Of a stretch of DNA of 64,000 nt, positions 53,903 through 64,000 are shown piece after piece (positions within the stretch are counted from its first letter, which is position 1; each line of letters begins with the position of its first letter). A program made the translations under genes and the position numbers. Location: assembly GCA_038997165.1 (NCBI GenBank), contig JAWBAK010000001.1:436169-500168 (forward strand). Direction: 5' to 3'. The notes beneath the pieces are model-generated. The model ran no database searches, had not been told where the DNA came from, and was given only the letters and a program-made list of their open reading frames with translations. The DNA is from Candidatus Aenigmatarchaeota archaeon. GTDB taxonomy: Archaea; Aenigmatarchaeota; Aenigmatarchaeia; CG10238-14; SpSt-28.

Positions 53903-53918
53903 GGAAAAAATATATATT
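53903..53918 (+). promoter_or_regulatory. Probable BRE/TATA promoter of the 16S transcript
   Basis: GGAAAAAA-TATATATT about 25 nt upstream of the structured leader starting near 53936. Confidence 0.55.
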
Positions 53919-54029
53919 AGTGATTTAAAATATATTATAGGGCTTGTTCCGTCATTGTTTCGAGAGAGCATTTGCTCTATGAAGATGAGAAACAATATCC
54001 TACAAGCCTATAGTATCAGATGCCTTAAT

Positions 54030-55582
<1,553 letters not shown>

Positions 55583-55650
55583 AATTTCAAAAATTCTCAA
55601 AATTAATAAAAAATTCGAATTCTAAAAATAAATTATAGGTTAGATTATAA

Positions 55651-55736
55651 GCGGGGGTCGCCTAGCCTGGCCAAGGGCGCTGGGTTGAGGTCCCAGTGGC
55701 TTAGTGCCTTCGTGGGTTCAAATCCCACCCCCCGCA
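55651..55736 (+). tRNA. tRNA-Leu (GAG)
   Basis: Anticodon arm CTGGG-TT-GAG-GT-CCCAG, long variable arm, GGTTCAAATCC. Confidence 0.96.
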
Positions 55737-55769
55737 GTCGAATAATTGCTCTATACATTTTAATATTTT

Positions 55770-56489
55770 ATGGGCTATTTAGAAATAATTATATCATCAA
55801 CAATATTTTTAATGTTATTGGTAACAGCTTTTCTTTTCTTGAATTATAGATTTCAAGAATATAAATATATAAATTCAGAAATTTTTTATAAAGAACTTTT
55901 GCTTTCATATTTTGATAGGCTAATATATTCTAATCCAAACGTTTATAAAGATTTGGTTATTAAAATTTTTGAAATTAATATTAGCGAAAGTGATAATCAA
56001 GTTATTTATATAAATTTCAATGTTAGTTGTGAAAAGAAAATAAATGTAACATCTATAAGAATTTATAATTCTAATTTTTCTGAATTAGCATTTAAAATAA
56101 AAGATTATGATGTTTGTAGCGATAATAGTTTATATAGAGCTAATATATCAATTTTTTTACAAAATTTTTCTAACAAAGAAATTTTATATGTTTTTATGTC
56201 ATCTAGTTATGGAAATCCAATATTATATGATTTTGAAGAAAATTATAAAAATGCAAGTTATAAATATATAGGCACTATTACTTTAAAGGGTTTAGATCTT
56301 TTTACTTTTGAAAATATTGTAGAAGAATATTGTAAAAATAGAGGAGAAGTCGAGATAGAGGTTTTTGAAAATGAAAATATAATTATGAGTTGTAAAAAAA
56401 ACAAAGCTGGAAATGTTTTTTCTTTTAATATGCCTATTTTATCGATTAATGGAAAAAAACTAAATATAATTTTTAGAATTTTTGAATAA
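55770..56489 (+). CDS. Pilin-like/single N-terminal TM surface protein
   Basis: MG-YLEIIISSTIFLMLL hydrophobic N-terminus; Asn/Cys-rich extracellular part. Confidence 0.6.
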   Translation: MGYLEIIISSTIFLMLLVTAFLFLNYRFQEYKYINSEIFYKELLLSYFDRLIYSNPNVYKDLVIKIFEINISESDNQVIYINFNVSCEKKINVTSIRIYNSNFSELAFKIKDYDVCSDNSLYRANISIFLQNFSNKEILYVFMSSSYGNPILYDFEENYKNASYKYIGTITLKGLDLFTFENIVEEYCKNRGEVEIEVFENENIIMSCKKNKAGNVFSFNMPILSINGKKLNIIFRIFE

Positions 56490-56490
56490 A

Positions 56491-56877
56491 ATGGAAAAAT
56501 TTTTAGAATTGGCAATTTCTTTTACTATTTTATTATCTTTTATTTTTGTTTTTCTTTTTTATTCTTCCAATTTATATTTAGAAGATGATGAAATAATAAA
56601 AGTTAAAATTTATAATGTTTTAAACTCTTATAATCTTGAAATAAGAAGCTATGCGTTTTTAGGAAAAACAACTGAAATAGAAAATATTTTAAAAAATGAA
56701 CTTCCAAAAATTTATGATTTTAAAGTTTTGATTTGTTATGAAAAAAATTATGATGAATGCTTTAAAAATATAAAGTTTAATGCAAATAACGTTTTTTCTG
56801 TAAGTTATTTTTTTTCATCTAACTTTACTAACTATGAAAATATTGAATTAATAATATATGCTTGGAAAAAAATTTAA
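56491..56877 (+). CDS. Pilin-like protein (ATG 56491; TTG 56482 alternative)
   Basis: MEKFLELAISFTILLSFIF N-terminal helix with Glu. Confidence 0.58.
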   Translation: MEKFLELAISFTILLSFIFVFLFYSSNLYLEDDEIIKVKIYNVLNSYNLEIRSYAFLGKTTEIENILKNELPKIYDFKVLICYEKNYDECFKNIKFNANNVFSVSYFFSSNFTNYENIELIIYAWKKI

Positions 56878-57418
56878 ATCACAATTTTTTATAATTGCAA
56901 CAGGAATATTTATATTAATTTTTAGTGTTAACTTTTTTTATTTTGGATATTTAAGTAAAAAAACTAATTATCCAAGCAATTTAATAATTTTAAGAACTAT
57001 CGATAATTATCTAACAGAAGCAAACCTTCTTTTGGAAAATGAAAAAATTTCAGAATTTTTTAGTTTTTCAGAATTTTTTATTAATACTTCTAAAAAAAGA
57101 AATTTTATTATAGAAGTTTTGTTTTCAAATATTAGTTTAGATTCTTCTCAAAAAAAGATTAATTTTGAAATATATCTTTTTTCTGAAAGAGAATATTTTT
57201 TAAATATTTCTTCTGATATAGATTTCTTAGCTTTTAATTTAGAGCCAAGAATTTTAAAAAATATAAATATTAGTTTTGAAAATTCTCAATTAATTAATAT
57301 AACTATTTTTAATTCATCTTTTTTTATAGTAAATTGTGAATCAAATTGCAAATTTTTAATTTCTATGGGTTATAAAGATGATATAAAAATAATTAAATCT
57401 TTGCTTTTGAAAAGCTAA
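56858..57418 (+). CDS. Pilin-like protein with class III signal
   Basis: KKFKS|QFFIIATGIFIL. Confidence 0.65.
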   Translation: MLGKKFKSQFFIIATGIFILIFSVNFFYFGYLSKKTNYPSNLIILRTIDNYLTEANLLLENEKISEFFSFSEFFINTSKKRNFIIEVLFSNISLDSSQKKINFEIYLFSEREYFLNISSDIDFLAFNLEPRILKNINISFENSQLINITIFNSSFFIVNCESNCKFLISMGYKDDIKIIKSLLLKS

Positions 57419-57435
57419 AGAGTAATTTTATATTT

Positions 57436-57900
57436 ATGAAATTATTATCGGAATTTGTTTCGAAAGTTTTGATTTTTCTTATTTCTATTATAGCTATTTC
57501 TATAGCTTTACTTTTTTTAAATCCTATAATAGATAGGAATTTAAATTCTATTTCAATTCAAGAAGCCATTTCTAATATGAAAAAAATTGAAGCTATAAGT
57601 AAAGAAGTTTTAAGCGAAGCAATAGGATCTCAGAGAGTTTTAGAGATTAGAATTTATAGAGGTATTTTATATGTTAATAATAGTTCAATCGTTTATATTC
57701 TAGAATCAGATAATATTCCTTTAGAAGATTTTACTAAAAAAGATGGAAATTTATTTATTAAAAAAATTGGTAATACTTTTTCTATAACTTTAAATTTTGA
57801 ATATGCAAATATTGTTGGCAATGTTTATTTATCTAGTGGAAATCATAGAATATGTATTCTTAAAGATGCTGAGCTAACAATAAAAGTTTATGTTTGTTAA
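57436..57900 (+). CDS. Pilin-like protein
   Basis: MKL-LSEFVSKVLIFLISIIA, then amphipathic helix and EV.SE..GS.R motif. Confidence 0.65.
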   Translation: MKLLSEFVSKVLIFLISIIAISIALLFLNPIIDRNLNSISIQEAISNMKKIEAISKEVLSEAIGSQRVLEIRIYRGILYVNNSSIVYILESDNIPLEDFTKKDGNLFIKKIGNTFSITLNFEYANIVGNVYLSSGNHRICILKDAELTIKVYVC

Positions 57901-57908
57901 AATTTTTT

Positions 57909-58775
57909 ATGAGATTAATATCTAATACAATATCTCTTTCTATTTATATAATTTTATCACTTTTTTTAATATCTTTTTTTTTATCTATTACTTTTAAAGA
58001 ATTAATTGAAAAATCTAGAATAAGTAGCACTTTTTTACAAGTAATAGAACAATTAAGATTTTTAGATGCTACAATTTTATATTTAAACAGTTTAGATATA
58101 GGTTCAAAAACAAGTATAAAGATTTATATTCCAGAAGGAAGATTATTAGTTAAAGATGGTAAAATATTTTATGAATTAGAAACTGTTTCAACTTTTGAAT
58201 TTCTTAAAAATATTGTAAGATCTTTTAAAAATTTGGCATTAATATTTAGAAATGTTAGTATAAAATGTGAAATTAGAGAAAATAATTGTTTAGAAAGCGA
58301 GGAATGCATTTTTTCTATGTATAAATTAAATAATTCTCATATAGCAGATTGCAATTCTTTAAATTATCCTTATAAAATTTGTTGTAAAGATTTAGAAATT
58401 AGAAAAGCTGAGACTTGTTATGAAAAAGAGTCTGAAATTCTTAGAATTTTAAAAGATGAAAACTCTCATGCAGGTTTTAATAAATATTCCTTTAGAATTT
58501 GCTCATATCCAATAATTTTATGTTCTTTAAAGAATAAATGTAGCAATAATGAAATTTGTGTAGCGTCTTTTTATAAAGATTTTAATTCTCATGCAGCTGT
58601 ATGTAATTATTATCCAAATAATCTTTGTTGTTATTCTTCTATTTCAGAAATAGGTAAAATAATTCTAAGTTATTTAGATATAGAAATTATTGGTAATTTT
58701 GTAATTTCTAAAGGAGAATATACCTTAGTAATAGAAAAAATCGATTTTAATAAAATAAAAATTTATGTATTATGA
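57909..58775 (+). CDS. Pilin-like protein with three Cys-rich NSH repeats (ATG 57909; TTG 57894 alternative)
   Basis: MRL-ISNTISLSIYIIL; similar to the 57436 protein around GS....I.I..G.L.V; repeats at about 58266-58631. Confidence 0.65.
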   Translation: MRLISNTISLSIYIILSLFLISFFLSITFKELIEKSRISSTFLQVIEQLRFLDATILYLNSLDIGSKTSIKIYIPEGRLLVKDGKIFYELETVSTFEFLKNIVRSFKNLALIFRNVSIKCEIRENNCLESEECIFSMYKLNNSHIADCNSLNYPYKICCKDLEIRKAETCYEKESEILRILKDENSHAGFNKYSFRICSYPIILCSLKNKCSNNEICVASFYKDFNSHAAVCNYYPNNLCCYSSISEIGKIILSYLDIEIIGNFVISKGEYTLVIEKIDFNKIKIYVL

Positions 58776-59245
58776 AGTTAATATCTGCTTATATAGCAAC
58801 AATTATAATAGTTTTAGTAACTCTTACTATTGGATTTTTTGTTTATACTTGGTATTTTCAATTTTTTCAAAGAACTGGTGAAGAAATTGAAAGGATTGAA
58901 GAAAAACGAATTTCTTGCCAATTTGGTTCATTTATAGTTTTAACAGAAACTCTAAATTGTACTTTTGAATTTTTAAATTTTTCTTTAAAAAACAATGGTT
59001 ACATAGATTTATATAATTTGAAAGTTGTTGTTTTTGATGGAATAAAGATGCATACATTAGATGTTTATGATGAAAATGGAAATATTGCTGATATTAATAA
59101 TCCATTAAAGCCTAATACTGTTAACAATTATTATGTTAATATTTCTGGAATTTCTAAAATTTTAAGTTTAGAGTTTTTAACTCAATGTGCTAATGTAAAT
59201 ATAAAGATTAAAGACTTAAATATATCATGTACACAGAAAGAATAA
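58772..59245 (+). CDS. Archaeal type IV pilin-like protein
   Basis: MKL-ISAYIATIIIVLVTL aligns with MKG-ISPLIATVLL of the 42843 pilin; N.G..DL and L.P motifs. Confidence 0.75.
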   Translation: MKLISAYIATIIIVLVTLTIGFFVYTWYFQFFQRTGEEIERIEEKRISCQFGSFIVLTETLNCTFEFLNFSLKNNGYIDLYNLKVVVFDGIKMHTLDVYDENGNIADINNPLKPNTVNNYYVNISGISKILSLEFLTQCANVNIKIKDLNISCTQKE

Positions 59246-59841
59246 AAACAATTAGTAGGGGAATAATATTAATAATTTTAGGTATTATAATAGGTATATA
59301 TCCTTTTCAAATAGTTGGAAATTTTTTAGAGGTTGAAAGTATTAGGGCAAATACTAAAAAATTTTATGAGTTATTAATACCAAATTCTATTGTTAGTGTT
59401 GAAAGTGTAAAAAAGGAGGGAGAAATGTATAAAGTTTTAGTTAAGTTGATTTTAAATAATAATGTTAATTATATTGAAGCGTGGGTATCTAAAGATTCAA
59501 ATATTTTAGTTGAAGGTGTAATATACTTAAAAGATTCTATTAAAACTTTAGAAAAATATAAGAAATTTGTAGAATGTTTAAATAATAAAGGAGTAAAGAT
59601 ATATGGTTTATTAGATTCTCAAAATTATCCTGATGCTGCATTATTAACTTCTAGACAACTAAATTTATTGGGAAGATATTCTTATTTAATTTTTGTTAGT
59701 TGCGATGGTGATATGATGCAAGCATGTATAAATTCTGGAATAACACAATTTCCAGCAGTAGTTTATAATGATAAAGTTTATTTTGGAGTTGGAGATATTG
59801 ATTGGTTTTCTAATTTAACTGGATGTAAATTTATTGATTAA
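59227..59841 (+). CDS. Membrane-anchored thioredoxin-like protein lacking CxxC
   Basis: N-terminal TM, DsbC-N-like strand region (..SKD), FVECL..KGVKIYG, VSC...C...GI..FP. Confidence 0.6.
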   Translation: MYTERIKTISRGIILIILGIIIGIYPFQIVGNFLEVESIRANTKKFYELLIPNSIVSVESVKKEGEMYKVLVKLILNNNVNYIEAWVSKDSNILVEGVIYLKDSIKTLEKYKKFVECLNNKGVKIYGLLDSQNYPDAALLTSRQLNLLGRYSYLIFVSCDGDMMQACINSGITQFPAVVYNDKVYFGVGDIDWFSNLTGCKFID

Positions 59842-59878
59842 AAATAAATTTAATTTATTGTTTAATTAAATTTTATTT

Positions 59879-60649
59879 ATGTTAGAAAGAATATTATTAG
59901 TATTTTTAATTTTTATTTCAACTTTTTTTATTGCTATCTCTTATGATTGTCCATTACAATCCCATCCTTTATCCGAAATTTGTCCTATAGATGTTAATTT
60001 AAATATGAGAGGATTTAATATAACAAATGTTGGAGAAATTATTGTTAGTGGAAGAATTGTTGCATCGATTTTATGTATTGGTAATGATTGTAAATCTTCA
60101 TGGCCTAGTATAGTTGAATCGGATCCATTTTGGTCTTTTAATATTAGTAGAATAAATATAGGATATTTAATTAAAAGAGGTGAATCTGGAATTTTTCAAT
60201 CAATAATTTATGAAAAAAATGGTAAAATAGGTATTGGAACTGAAAATCCACAAGATACACTTGAAGTTATTGGTAATATAACTGCTAGTGGGATTATTAG
60301 AGCAAATAAAATATGTGTAGGAGAAAATTGTAGCGATATTCTTGGAAACTTAAGTGGTCATGGTATAAAAAATACAATTGCTTATTGGTCTAGTGAAAAT
60401 ACTTTAGAATCAACTCCATTTTATGTTAATAGTAATTTTGACCTTAATTTATCTTGGAAAAGTATTTTTAATGTTCTTTGGCTTAATTCAACTTATATAT
60501 ATTCTTCGGATTTGATTTATTCTTCTGGAAAAGTTGGAATATCTACATATCCGGAATATTCGTTAGATGTTATAGGTAATATTAGAGTTAGAATAGGATC
60601 AACTGTTTTTACTATTGAGAATACTGGAGATGTTTTAGTAGCACTATGA
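59879..60649 (+). CDS. Secreted fibre-like protein (GxxGIG repeats)
   Basis: Signal peptide, SHPLSEI, GKIGIGTENP..LEVIG, LCIGNDCKSSWP module shared with downstream genes. Confidence 0.78.
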   Translation: MLERILLVFLIFISTFFIAISYDCPLQSHPLSEICPIDVNLNMRGFNITNVGEIIVSGRIVASILCIGNDCKSSWPSIVESDPFWSFNISRINIGYLIKRGESGIFQSIIYEKNGKIGIGTENPQDTLEVIGNITASGIIRANKICVGENCSDILGNLSGHGIKNTIAYWSSENTLESTPFYVNSNFDLNLSWKSIFNVLWLNSTYIYSSDLIYSSGKVGISTYPEYSLDVIGNIRVRIGSTVFTIENTGDVLVAL

Positions 60650-62496
60650 ATAAAAAATATATATTTAATTTAAAGTATTATATTATGAAGATTAATATAG
60701 GTTTATCTCACATATTTTTAATCTTTTTAATGACTTTACTTTTTAACACATCTTTTTCTCAAGGAAATTTTATAATAAGAAATAAAACAGATATAAACAT
60801 AGTATATTTTATAGTTAACGGAACTACTGGTAGAGTTGGTATAGGATTAATAAATCCTCAATATAAATTAGATGTTAGCGGTGATGTTAGAGTTAGTGGT
60901 AACTTATTTGTAACTAGTGGAATTAATATTGGAGGTGATTTAAGTATAGGAGGAAATATAGTAATAACTTCAGGAAGAGTAGTACAAAATATAGCTAGTG
61001 TTGGAACTAATTTAATTCCTTCTAGTGATAATTCTTATGATTTAGGTAATTCAACTCATAGATGGAGAGCTGTTTATGCAAGTGGATATTATATTGGCGC
61101 TACTCAAATAATTGATAGTTCAAGAAATATAATAAATGTTAATTGGGTTAATGCAACTAATATAAACGCAACTCAATCAATAAGAGCAAGTATTATTTAT
61201 CAAGGAAACAATCAAGTTATAGATACGATAAGTGCAAATGCACCAATTACTGTAAGTAGAAGTGGAAGTTCAGTAACTATTGGACTACAAGCAAGTGGAG
61301 TAACAGCAGGAACTTATGGATCTGCATCACAAGTACCTCAAATTCAAGTTGATGCATATGGAAGAATAACTTCTGCAAGCAATGTTAACATTGCTATTGA
61401 TGCTAGCCAAATTGTTTCTGGAATAATTTCTTCTGCGAGATTAGATAGTAATATAGCTTGGTTAAATAGAACTCAAACATGGACAGCCCCTCAAACATTT
61501 AATGAAAACGTATGGTTTAATAAAAATGTTTTTATAGTCGGCAATATTTCTTATGTTAATGTTCAAAATTTAAACGTTAATGGAAGTTTCGTTCCAATAG
61601 CTACCGGAGTTTTTAGTTTAGGAAGTCCAGAATACAAGTGGAAAGATATATATGGAATAAATATATATGGAGATAATGTTTATTCTGGAGGTAATTTGGT
61701 ATTAACAAACGTAACCAATTTTGCTAATTCAGCAGATAGTGACATTACAGTTAGTGGAACTTATAATAGCCTTAATTTACAAATAAGAGCTGGAGCTGTT
61801 GGAACAAATGAATTAGCTCAAATTTCTTGTCCTCCAAATCAGGTATTAGCTTCGATTGGTGGAGGTAGTTATACTTGTGTTGATGTAAATCCAGCAAATG
61901 TTATTAATGGTACTGGTCAGCCAGGACAAATAGCTTATTTTTCATCTACTAATACATTAAGCGGAAGTAATCAGTTATTTTTGGATACTACGAATTGGAG
62001 AGTTGGTATAGGAACTACTTCACCAGTTAGAAAATTAGATGTGGTTGGAGATATTAATGCAACTCAAGCAATTTATTCAAGCCAAGGATATTATGTTGGC
62101 ACAACTCAAATAATAACTTCTGGAAGAGTATTACAAAATATAGCTAATGTTGGAACCCATTTAATTCCTTCTAGTGATAATGCTTTTGATTTAGGTAGTT
62201 TAACTAATAGATGGAGATGGGTTAATGCAACTAATATAAATGCAACTCAATCAATAAGAGCTTCTCAAATTTGTATAGGAAATGATTGTAGAAGTGCATG
62301 GCCAACTTTAGTAGAAACTGATCCATATTGGAATTCAAATATAACTGCTATTTCAGCTAATTATTTAATTAAAAGAAGTCCAACCGGTATAGCTCAATCG
62401 ATAATTTACGATGATGGAGCTAAAGTAGGAATTGGAACAAATTCTCCAGCTGGTTTATTGCATATTAGAGGAGGAGATATAATAATAGAAGTGTAA
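60646..62496 (+). CDS. Secreted tail-fibre-like modular adhesin
   Basis: Signal peptide, VGIG..P..KLDV.G repeats, P..DN..DLG....RW repeats, SGVTAGTYG..VDAYGRIT fibre motif, many N-X-S/T sequons. Confidence 0.8.
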   Translation: MNKKYIFNLKYYIMKINIGLSHIFLIFLMTLLFNTSFSQGNFIIRNKTDINIVYFIVNGTTGRVGIGLINPQYKLDVSGDVRVSGNLFVTSGINIGGDLSIGGNIVITSGRVVQNIASVGTNLIPSSDNSYDLGNSTHRWRAVYASGYYIGATQIIDSSRNIINVNWVNATNINATQSIRASIIYQGNNQVIDTISANAPITVSRSGSSVTIGLQASGVTAGTYGSASQVPQIQVDAYGRITSASNVNIAIDASQIVSGIISSARLDSNIAWLNRTQTWTAPQTFNENVWFNKNVFIVGNISYVNVQNLNVNGSFVPIATGVFSLGSPEYKWKDIYGINIYGDNVYSGGNLVLTNVTNFANSADSDITVSGTYNSLNLQIRAGAVGTNELAQISCPPNQVLASIGGGSYTCVDVNPANVINGTGQPGQIAYFSSTNTLSGSNQLFLDTTNWRVGIGTTSPVRKLDVVGDINATQAIYSSQGYYVGTTQIITSGRVLQNIANVGTHLIPSSDNAFDLGSLTNRWRWVNATNINATQSIRASQICIGNDCRSAWPTLVETDPYWNSNITAISANYLIKRSPTGIAQSIIYDDGAKVGIGTNSPAGLLHIRGGDIIIEV

Positions 62497-62858
62497 ATAA
62501 ATAAAATATAAGTTTAAAATTAAAAAATATTAAAAAGAAAAGATATTTTATGAAAACAAAAAATTTTTATATTGTTTTGTTTTTGATATTTATTTTTATT
62601 AATATTTATAAACTAGACTTGGTTAGTTCTCAAGTATATAAAGATTTTATAATTAGAAATATTTCTAATACTTCTACTGTTTATTTTATAGTTAACGGAA
62701 CTACTGGTAGAGTTGGTATAGGATTAATAAATCCTCAATATAAATTAGATGTTAGCGGTGATGTTAGAGTTAGTGGTAACTTATTTGTAACTAGTGGAAT
62801 TAATATTGGAGGTGATTTAAGTATAGGAGGAAATATAGTAATAACTTCAGGAAGAGTA
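60805..62858 (+). repeat. Repeat A: 177-bp identical direct repeat, 60805-60981 = 62682-62858
   Basis: Base-by-base comparison by eye, offset 1877. Confidence 0.9.
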
Positions 62859-63997
62859 TTGCAAAATATAGCTAGTGTTGGAACCCATTTAATTCCTTCT
62901 AGTGATAATGCTTTTGATTTAGGTAGTTTAACTAATAGATGGAGATGGGTTAATGCAACTAATATAAATGCAACTCAATCAATAAGAGCTTCTCAAATTT
63001 GTATAGGAAATGATTGTAGAAGTGCATGGCCAACTTTAGTAGAAACTGATCCATATTGGAATTCAAATATAACTGCTATTTCAGCTAATTATTTAATTAA
63101 AAGAAGTCCAACCGGTATAGCTCAATCGATAATTTACGATACAGGAACAAATGTTGGAATTGGAACAACTTCACCAAGCTATAAATTAGATGTAGTTGGA
63201 GATATAAGAAGTACAGGAAGTGTGATAACTTCAATTGTAAAAGCAGAGGCTCCTTATACTTACGTGGGACAGGCAGATAATCTATTAGGAGTGGCTAGAC
63301 TTATGCCTAATGCTTTCGGTTTTAATCCACCTTATAAAGTTGAAGAATATAACCCAGGAAGTGGTACGTGGAACGACATAACCCAAAATTACACTTGGGG
63401 ATATATCACAGATTTAAGGGGAACAGAAGTGGCAATTCCATTGGCAGCTAATGTAGATAAGACTATTAGATTTTACTTTAATATAGGAGGCTGGAGTGGG
63501 GGAGATCTAACTGCCATTGTATTATATGCAAGATGGATAAACAGCCTAAAACAAGTAAAGGTTGAATCTTCGACAACTTCAGATTTCTCAAGTGGAGTAA
63601 CCACAAGATTAGATTGGAACGGAAATATAGGACATTGGGATGAGGTAACTCTTTGGCGCTTGACAAGTAGAACTGGCGGTGATACTTATATTAGAGTCAC
63701 TTTCACTTTTATGAGAACAAGTGATGGAGAAATAAGGATAAGGGAGCTAATGGGATTAAGTTATGCGGCTGTCGGTAGAATATTTGAAGGATATGTTCCA
63801 TATAGTTGGGATCACAATAAAAATGTTTTCTTTTTGGGTAATGTTGGAATAGGAACTACTTCACCAGTTAGAAAATTAGATGTAGTTGGAGATATTAATG
63901 CAACTCAAGCAATTTATTCAAGCCAAGGATATTATGTTGGCACCTATCAAATAATAACTTCTGGAAGAGTATTACAAAATATAGCTAGTGTTGGAAC
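62002..63997 (+). repeat. Repeat C: about 155-bp near-identical direct repeat, 62002-62156 and 63843-63997
   Basis: Offset 1841; six mismatches counted by eye. Confidence 0.85.
62148..63140 (+). repeat. Repeat B: 265-bp identical direct repeat, 62148-62412 = 62876-63140
   Basis: Base-by-base comparison by eye, offset 728. Confidence 0.9.
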
Positions 63998-64000
63998 TAA
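62550..64000 (+). CDS. Secreted tail-fibre-like modular adhesin with lectin-like insert (runs off window end; not in ORF track)
   Basis: Hand translation from ATG 62550 (MKTKNFYIVLFLIFIF..) is open to 64000 and reuses modules of the previous gene. Confidence 0.85.
   Translation, partial: MKTKNFYIVLFLIFIFINIYKLDLVSSQVYKDFIIRNISNTSTVYFIVNGTTGRVGIGLINPQYKLDVSGDVRVSGNLFVTSGINIGGDLSIGGNIVITSGRVLQNIASVGTHLIPSSDNAFDLGSLTNRWRWVNATNINATQSIRASQICIGNDCRSAWPTLVETDPYWNSNITAISANYLIKRSPTGIAQSIIYDTGTNVGIGTTSPSYKLDVVGDIRSTGSVITSIVKAEAPYTYVGQADNLLGVARLMPNAFGFNPPYKVEEYNPGSGTWNDITQNYTWGYITDLRGTEVAIPLAANVDKTIRFYFNIGGWSGGDLTAIVLYARWINSLKQVKVESSTTSDFSSGVTTRLDWNGNIGHWDEVTLWRLTSRTGGDTYIRVTFTFMRTSDGEIRIRELMGLSYAAVGRIFEGYVPYSWDHNKNVFFLGNVGIGTTSPVRKLDVVGDINATQAIYSSQGYYVGTYQIITSGRVLQNIASVGT

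Noticed and set aside
62002-63997. Diversity-generating retroelement TR/VR pair
   Set aside because: The mismatches have A in either copy rather than only in a template, the other repeats are identical, and no reverse transcriptase is in the window.
59879-64000. Prophage tail module
   Set aside because: The proteins carry signal peptides and glycosylation sequons, and no capsid, terminase or portal genes are visible.

Overview
This is a very AT-rich, densely packed archaeal chromosome segment read with the standard genetic code. It most resembles a thermophilic DPANN archaeon (Aenigmarchaeota-like; this is inference from reverse gyrase, TmcA, GC-rich stable RNAs, scrambled ribosomal operons and a highly divergent 16S). 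Most of the window is informational core: aCPSF1, proteasome, exosome, DNA ligase, TIP49, aIF2-gamma, ABCE1, GINS, histone, SecY, RNA polymerase, ribosomal proteins, a stand-alone 16S rRNA and three tRNAs (one with an intron). The strongest system candidate is a surface locus after tRNA-Leu. It has six pilin-like genes, three with Leu at the prepilin -1 position, followed by secreted tail-fibre-like proteins built from exact 177-bp and 265-bp DNA modules that enclose a compositionally foreign lectin-like cassette. A second candidate is a type II/IV secretion ATPase with no TadC partner, flanked by three paralogous membrane proteins and two coiled-coil proteins. Other notable features are an in-frame RpoB'-RpoA' fusion, a 16S lacking the canonical anti-SD, decoding-centre changes in both 16S and uS12, a decaying intein at the PEP synthase phospho-His site, a crenarchaeal-type arginine decarboxylase beside a tRNA-linked gap, an atypical histone, a eukaryote-like aIF2-gamma P-loop and an orphan SSV-type integrase. 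No database searches were run. Family calls rest on recognised motifs, and novelty is unverified.
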